Shown here one piece after another: positions 58,473-64,000 of a DNA stretch of 64,000 nt (its first letter is position 1; the number at the start of each line of letters is the position of its first letter). The position numbers were made by a program, and so were the translations under genes. Below the pieces are notes generated by a model. That model saw only the letters and a list, made by a program, of their open reading frames with translations, did not search any database and had not been told where the DNA came from. The stretch is from Botryllus schlosseri (taxonomy: Eukaryota), in the NCBI GenBank assembly GCA_051294905.1, contig CM119379.1, forward strand, positions 25,606,001 to 25,670,000. The letters are read 5' to 3'.

Positions 58473-59017
58473 TACGATGACAGTACGATATTGTGTGTAA
58501 AACTATTGTAGGCTATACTATGATTTGAGTAAATAGACAACACTGGCACGAAAAGAGAAGCCTGTGAATCTCTTAAGAGTATAAGCACAACCATTGACCG
58601 ATATTCAGACTTACAAGTAGACACCACTCATTTTACAAAACTTGCAACTAGAACTAAAACTTCTCATTTTTCTAAACTAGCGATTAGAACTTAGACTTAG
58701 AACTAACTACCGTTAAAAATCCGCAACTAACTAAAACACAACGAATAACTGACAGGTCTGGTAGGCCTACGAATTACATAATTGCAAATGAGTCAAGAAA
58801 TAGCCTGAAGAGGTTATAGGATAGAATCATCATTTTCAAAATGACGGGGTTTTGACTTTCGAGTATGTAAAAATGGGAGGGTTCCGACCCCCAAAACCAA
58901 CTCCCTGGCTACGCCACTGTTAGTAGTGATAAGCTAGCAATGGCCGCAAGAACACCGTTATCACGATTCACAATGACGAGTTTTTCTATAATCAATTTAA
59001 AAAATGAGTAACTATAC

Positions 59018-59951
59018 CAGTGGTCGGGAACCTTTTTTGTCCGAAGAGCCATATTGGCCCTATTTTTCCATCTCAACTCCCAAAGAGCCATACATGTCAA
59101 TCAACTGTTACGTCATAATTGAAAATTCGTGACGCCATGGTAGCACTTATTCGAACTCGCTACATGGGATTCCTCGTGTGTGCCATATCTTCTCTGTAAA
59201 AACTGGTATTTATTGTTCGAAAATAAAGCTCGAAACGAGAGGTAAGGCACAGACGGGCCAAGCCTCACCATTAATAACGCAATTCATCGTAAGTAGCTTA
59301 TAATTTATTATAACTGATATTAATCGAATGTGACTGTCACACTGATTCTGAAAATCTAAATACTTATTGACCTCTCTATTCTCAAAGTATTCGGCAGTAA
59401 CATAACATTGCGCTACACGCATGCAATTTATTGCCGGTACTAAACAGAGTTATACTTACCAATCTAGAACGTGGATAGCCATGGCGTTGTTTGTAATTCG
59501 AATTTGTAATTGTGAATGTCACATCCACAACAGTTCATTTCGCGCCGTAGATCAGGAAGATAATGTGTATTTGAAAACTGCGTTTTTGAAATGAGCGTCG
59601 CCATGTCTGCTATATGCTCTTTGATTAATCAACATATCGCACAATTCAAGATTTCGAGTTGGGTACATAGAATTCGCGACGTATATTGGCCGCCGGCGTG
59701 ACAGTAACATAAATTTGATGATTCTGAAAAGTGGGGGTCCGAGCCCCCAAACATGAAGACAGCATTGTCTTTACCTCTCAAAGACATGTTTATACTGCCA
59801 CGAGAATAATTATTTTGGCCGTGATGAAATTTACCAACAAGTCGCTGCAATATTGATCAATTCAGTACAAAAATAAATATTTGGCAAAGAGCCATATCTT
59901 ATACCCAAAAGAGCCATATATGGCTCGCGAGCCATAGGTTCCCGACCACTG
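59018..59951. mobile_element. hAT (Charlie-like) MITE, CAGTGGTCGGGAACCT TIR
   Basis: Perfect 8-bp TSD AACTATAC; subterminal AAGAGCCATA motifs. Confidence 0.93.
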
Positions 59952-61679
59952 AACTATACAGTCACCACATAGGCCTACTCACTTTTCCAAATCTGCAACT
60001 AGAACTAGAACTGTCAACCAACCAGATTGGTATTTTCTACAAGTCTGCGAATGACTCAACTCAGCTACATTTTTCGAAAGGATCCACTCAGTAGTGACAC
60101 AAAAACAGATTGAGTCAACTTGAAACTGAAAAATATGCAATTCAAGCTTTGTAGAGAACTTAAATTAATGAAATTATTGAACCTGCGTACATGTTGCATT
60201 GCTGTCAATTACAACAGCTAGGTCTGTTAGTACCAATAGTGCTTGAGCACTGCTGCTTTGTGAGAAGATTGATAGCCCACATAAAGTAGAGGTTCATTCA
60301 AGGTAATTATATCTGTAGAGTGTAAATTTCGATTTACGACCCTGTCAAGTTTTCCTACAGGTTATCTGCACGCTAATGTTATAGGTATTTGATTGATAGA
60401 CTATTCACAGCTTCTTCCTAACTTTTCATAGTATCATAATCTTGCGATTCTTCGAATCCTCAGCAATATTCAGCAACAGATAAATGGAAATGCCCATAGG
60501 TTAAGTTTATGCTCGATATCCTTCGAGATTCACCCAGGCTTTTAATAAATAACTTTCCGATAAATATAGAACTGCATATGCGAAAGCTAAATACAACTAA
60601 ATACTCCATGGGCAGATAACGAATATCACAGGAAAGTAATAAAAAATATAAAACCGTAATCGAATTTTATATCTCAACCTCAACCCCACTGGTCGCTCAA
60701 TATATGACTTGAACTGACATTAATGACAAAGAAACAAACAGGTTGGTGAAAACTCACAGCTATCGGGCAAAATATTACCCTTTACTGAAAACCCAGGCTG
60801 ACATTGGCAACGTCCAGATAGGCTACGGCAAACCGACTTAAAATTTCTTATGCTCAGTCACTCTGGTTACGCAATAAAAATGAGCTGAGTTGTTGATCGT
60901 TACTGACACCTTGTGAAAACTATAATTAAGGAATCCTGCAGTCGTTTGTTTGTATTTTGACATACAACAGTGGCTCGTATCGCCTATTTAGGTTATGTAC
61001 GCCTCGACAACGATATTAGTAATGTCCAGTATCTTTGAATGGGTAATCTTCCGGACGACTTCCACGTTCACGCTCTTTCGGCATCGGTCTATATTGTTTT
61101 CATGCGTCCATATGGGTGTCCCAGGTGGGTGTCTGACTACTCCGACTCGTTTCGGCATCTTGCTATCATTCATTGTATTGCAGTCTAGTGCTGTTTTGAA
61201 GTGATGAAATTTTATGAATAAACTTGAACTTGATCTGAATCTTTGTTGTCGACATTTTTTGGCTCGGCAGTTCTTCACTATCGAATGAAAACATTCGAAA
61301 TATTTTTACATTCAATACCTTTACTCTGGACTTATTATATATACTGCATACGCAGTGAGTCAGCGACGAGGAGCCCAGAACCTCGACACATAAATACAGG
61401 CACAATCTGGGTCAAAAGCCATTTCCAATGGTACCGCGGCGGTGGTATACATTCTCGGTAGTAGCATTCTCGGTCGTGTCCATCTCGGTAATAGCATTCT
61501 CGGTATTGTCTTTCTCGGTAAAAGCAATCTTGTTATTGACCGGACACGGCAAAATCGAGGGTGCGGTTACGGTCAACCGAGGTTTCAAGGCTTCCGCGAT
61601 GGTAAGAAAGTATCGAGACAATATTTTAGTGTGAAATGTGAATAGCATATGTTTTCCCAGTTGTCAAAATCGACAGACA

Positions 61680-61975
61680 CCCATGCTCAATGGTTAGCTT
61701 ACTCTACAACCCATGCCCTTGTGAACCAGAAGTCTCGGGTTTGATTCCCTCTGGCTACTCCGCATGGTGAATAACCCAGCCGCTGATGTAGAAAACTAGT
61801 ACCGGCCCTGAGCCCGGGTAAATGATTCTGGTTCAATGAACTGGTGGTTGCTCTCTTATTGAAAATTGTCAATTTAATCGCTTCGACATCTTCCTGTCTT
61901 TTCATTGTATCGCATTTTTGTGGTGTATTGAACTGATAAAATTGCTAATAAACCAATGATGATGATGATGATGAC
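61680..61975 (+). mobile_element. tRNA-derived SINE-like element with (ATG)n tail
   Basis: GCTCAATGGTTAGC ... GGGTTTGATTCC; the 3' part ttcgacatcttcctgtcttttcattgtat...aataaacc(aatg)n is shared with 42070-42150, 42434-42510 and 61150-61235. Confidence 0.6.
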
Positions 61976-63042
61976 AGCCAAAATAATCATCCCGCGAGCC
62001 TGACTGGAATCGCTGGCCGTTTTGCCTAATATATCAGGTGAGCAGCGATGATTTTCCAAATTGAAGAAATTTGATTAAAAAAATAAAACATAGTGTGAGT
62101 ACAGGACATCGATTCCATACATGCCCGCGAGAAGGTTTTGAGCGGTCAGCAAATTCGTTTTCGAAATTAGTTTTATTATCAAAGGCTGAATGTCCCAGGT
62201 AATTAAGTGTGAATTTGCGAGGCCAACCGAAAATTTGATTCGTCTGACCAGTGACCACGAAATGTGTGATGTTGATGACTCAAATATAAGTTCCGACTCA
62301 TTAGCATAGTCAGAGGCCAGCTACATTTCCGTAGATCTTCGCATATTGCCATGATGTGCAATATTTCGCGGCAGAATTGTTTCCAAACAATTTAAGCCTG
62401 TGGCTCTTAACGGCTGGGCCACAGAATTAGTTATTCGGAAAAAAATATTGTGAAGCTGATACTGTAACGTTTAGTTGTGTTTCTCTCATAATTCCAGCAA
62501 AAACATTCCTTTTATGAATTTTTTTTTCTATACGTCCAGATTTTCGGCTGATTCTCATCAGGAGCGAACGTCATATCAGCCGAATTCGAAATATGACAAG
62601 AAAATACCGCATTTTTTTGATACACGCGCGATGAGCACATTTTAATATTAATTCCCATTTTGCGACGTTGAAGCGATAGATACTTACACATCCCGTTTTG
62701 AAGAATCGCATTATTTCGAGGAGTCACATAAGACCCTGTGTGTCGGTAACAGATTGTAACTGTAAAAATGACATCATTTCTATCGTCATTCTTCTGTCAC
62801 CGGGGATTCATCCACAACAATCAGTGTAAGTAAGTGACCACGGATCTTGTATATTTGGTGTCGTACATAGATGTACCTTTATTGCAGGAAATCACTCACA
62901 GCGAATTCACCGAATTGAAACTGCTCCATAAGAAGCAAATACAAGTTATACACGGCGATAAAAAAAAAGGACACAATCGCGCCCCGTTTCGTCATTAGGA
63001 AGGGGCATTAAAACTGTTCCAAAACGAATAGCATCGATAGCA

Positions 63043-63684
63043 CAGTGTGGTCCTCAACCTTTTTGTCTTCGCGCACCTCTGTTGGATGTCACGGACTCCC
63101 ACGGACCCCCCTCAACCTCTAGTTCAAATTTAGCTCAATTATCGTGCAACCGTCATATTTCTTGTGCAAATATTAACTGTCGGTCAGTGATAAACAGCAA
63201 CAAAATGACTTTTCTTGAAAATAACATCATAATATTAATGTACAAATTGGGTAGACTATATTATTTCAGAGGGAATTCTACAACTGCATTTCTTCAAAAA
63301 CGTGGTCGTGTCTTGAAAATCCGCGTCTTCGATTTGATATGAACGCTTGCCGAAAATCTATTTCCTCAAATATAGTTGGTTGGTGAATGTTATAATAACG
63401 CATAGCGCTTCTACGACACCTTAGGGTCTGATCGCAAAAATATGGCACCAAAATTAGGAAAATATTTTTCTGTAATCAACATATAGCGTCCAGCCTGGTC
63501 ATTTCTATCGAGCGTTGGTCATCTTCGACTTTTTAATGGAATAGTGGTTATTTGTATCAGTCTAGTGTCTAGTGATGTCCCAAATTTAAAAAAAAATGCA
63601 AATGAGGTTAGCAGACATCTTGTAACTTTAAAGGTTTCGCAAACCCCTGAAAATGCTTCGCGGACCCCCGGTTGAGAACCACTG
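63043..63684. mobile_element. hAT (Charlie-like) MITE, CAGTGGTTCTCAACC-type TIR
   Basis: CAGTGTGGTCCTCAACC...GGTTGAGAACCACTG; degenerate TSD; related fragments at ~11289-11350 and ~27930-28011. Confidence 0.75.
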
Positions 63685-64000
63685 GCTAGCATGTTACCGA
63701 TTCAATTGTTCATAACTTCGGAAAATCGCTTCAACTCATTCCAGCGTTTCATGCAGTCGTAGACTTGTTGCGCTCTTCAGTGATTTAATTAACGTACGAG
63801 GAAACAATCGCAGATGCTTTTGATTTCGACAAAATCTCGAAAAAGAGTAACTGCAAATTTAGGAATTGGATGTCAGCATAAACTATACATTAAAATAATA
63901 CTTGAAGACTTGCAAAATGGCTGTCTTTGTGCGACGGGTCTTTTTACACTGCCAGCGTGTATGTCTCACACAACACTCAGCAGGGTTGGTCAACTCGAGT

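Overview
AT-rich eukaryotic (invertebrate metazoan) genomic DNA. A tunicate-like genome is only my guess; nothing here is prokaryotic. Two spliced minus-strand genes can be rebuilt exon by exon with phase-consistent GT-AG junctions. (1) A RIMS-binding protein gene (coiled coil, SH3, 3xFN3, SH3, SH3) has 25 coding exons from ~39957 down to 427, about 1473 aa, and probably continues past the window start. (2) An adiponectin receptor/PAQR gene has 8 exons, 58472 to 45647, 320 aa. The introns are crowded with DNA transposons. The largest is a 5970-bp Mutator-like element (19239-25208) with a perfect 9-bp TSD, tandem-repeat foldback arms and an intron-containing FLYWCH+MULE transposase. There are also two long-TIR elements with decayed transposase remnants in ADIPOR intron 2, several hAT-type MITE families with 8-bp TSDs, a Tc1/pogo-type MITE, tRNA-derived SINE-like elements and a minisatellite. 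The most novel candidates are a CCAAT-box internal promoter with three in-frame exons inside the 11-kb RIMBP intron, a possible spliced or trans-spliced RIMBP 5' exon just downstream of ADIPOR, and a MITE-terminated hydrophobic read-through tail. All coordinates were read by hand; repeat boundaries without a TSD are approximate.
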